DNA of 64,000 nucleotides from Vicugna vicugna (lineage: Eukaryota), in the NCBI GenBank assembly GCA_013265495.1, contig MU058844.1:9382184-9446183 (forward strand), written 5' to 3'. Of the stretch, positions 63,945 through 64,000 are shown in pieces. The position numbers and the translations under genes were made by a program. The notes beneath the pieces are model-generated. The model saw only the letters and a program-made list of their open reading frames with translations, did not search any database and had not been told where the DNA came from. Within the stretch, counting starts at the first letter, position 1; each line of letters opens with the position of its first letter.

Positions 63945-64000
63945 GCTTAGATAACAGTAGAAGCTCAAGGAATTTTAGTCCCATTTCTTAAGCTAAAAAA

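Noticed and set aside
1..64000. CRISPR arrays, tRNA/rRNA genes, operons or defence systems
   Set aside because: Mammalian repeat-rich DNA; no regularly spaced repeats, RNA-gene signatures or gene-dense ORFs seen.

Overview
AT-rich, CpG-depleted eutherian genomic DNA, intergenic or deep-intronic. It is probably camelid, judged from recall of the young L1 3' UTR. There is one ~600-N assembly gap. I recognise no intact protein-coding exon, RNA gene, CRISPR array or prokaryotic system, and most listed ORFs are chance frames or repeat-derived. The window is dominated by ancient repeats (L2, MIR, MLT1/MaLR, ERVL/LTR16/LTR33, L1M, MER47/Tigger5, MER58, MER3/33, MADE2) plus one young 5'-truncated L1. 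The main hidden feature is a 5'-truncated processed pseudogene of PM20D1 on the minus strand (31561-32732). It retains the C-terminal ~180 codons, 3' UTR, AATAAA and a decayed poly(A) tail, and it sits inside an MLT1 LTR that itself interrupts an old L1. Other oddities are a 46-bp spacerless palindrome, a perfect 20-bp inverted duplication, a recursive-splice-like CAG|GTAAGT motif, and two complementary ERVL halves in opposite orientation that could reflect a ~5-kb inversion. Repeat family names and most boundaries come from visual recall of consensus sequences and are approximate. No novel biological system is supported.
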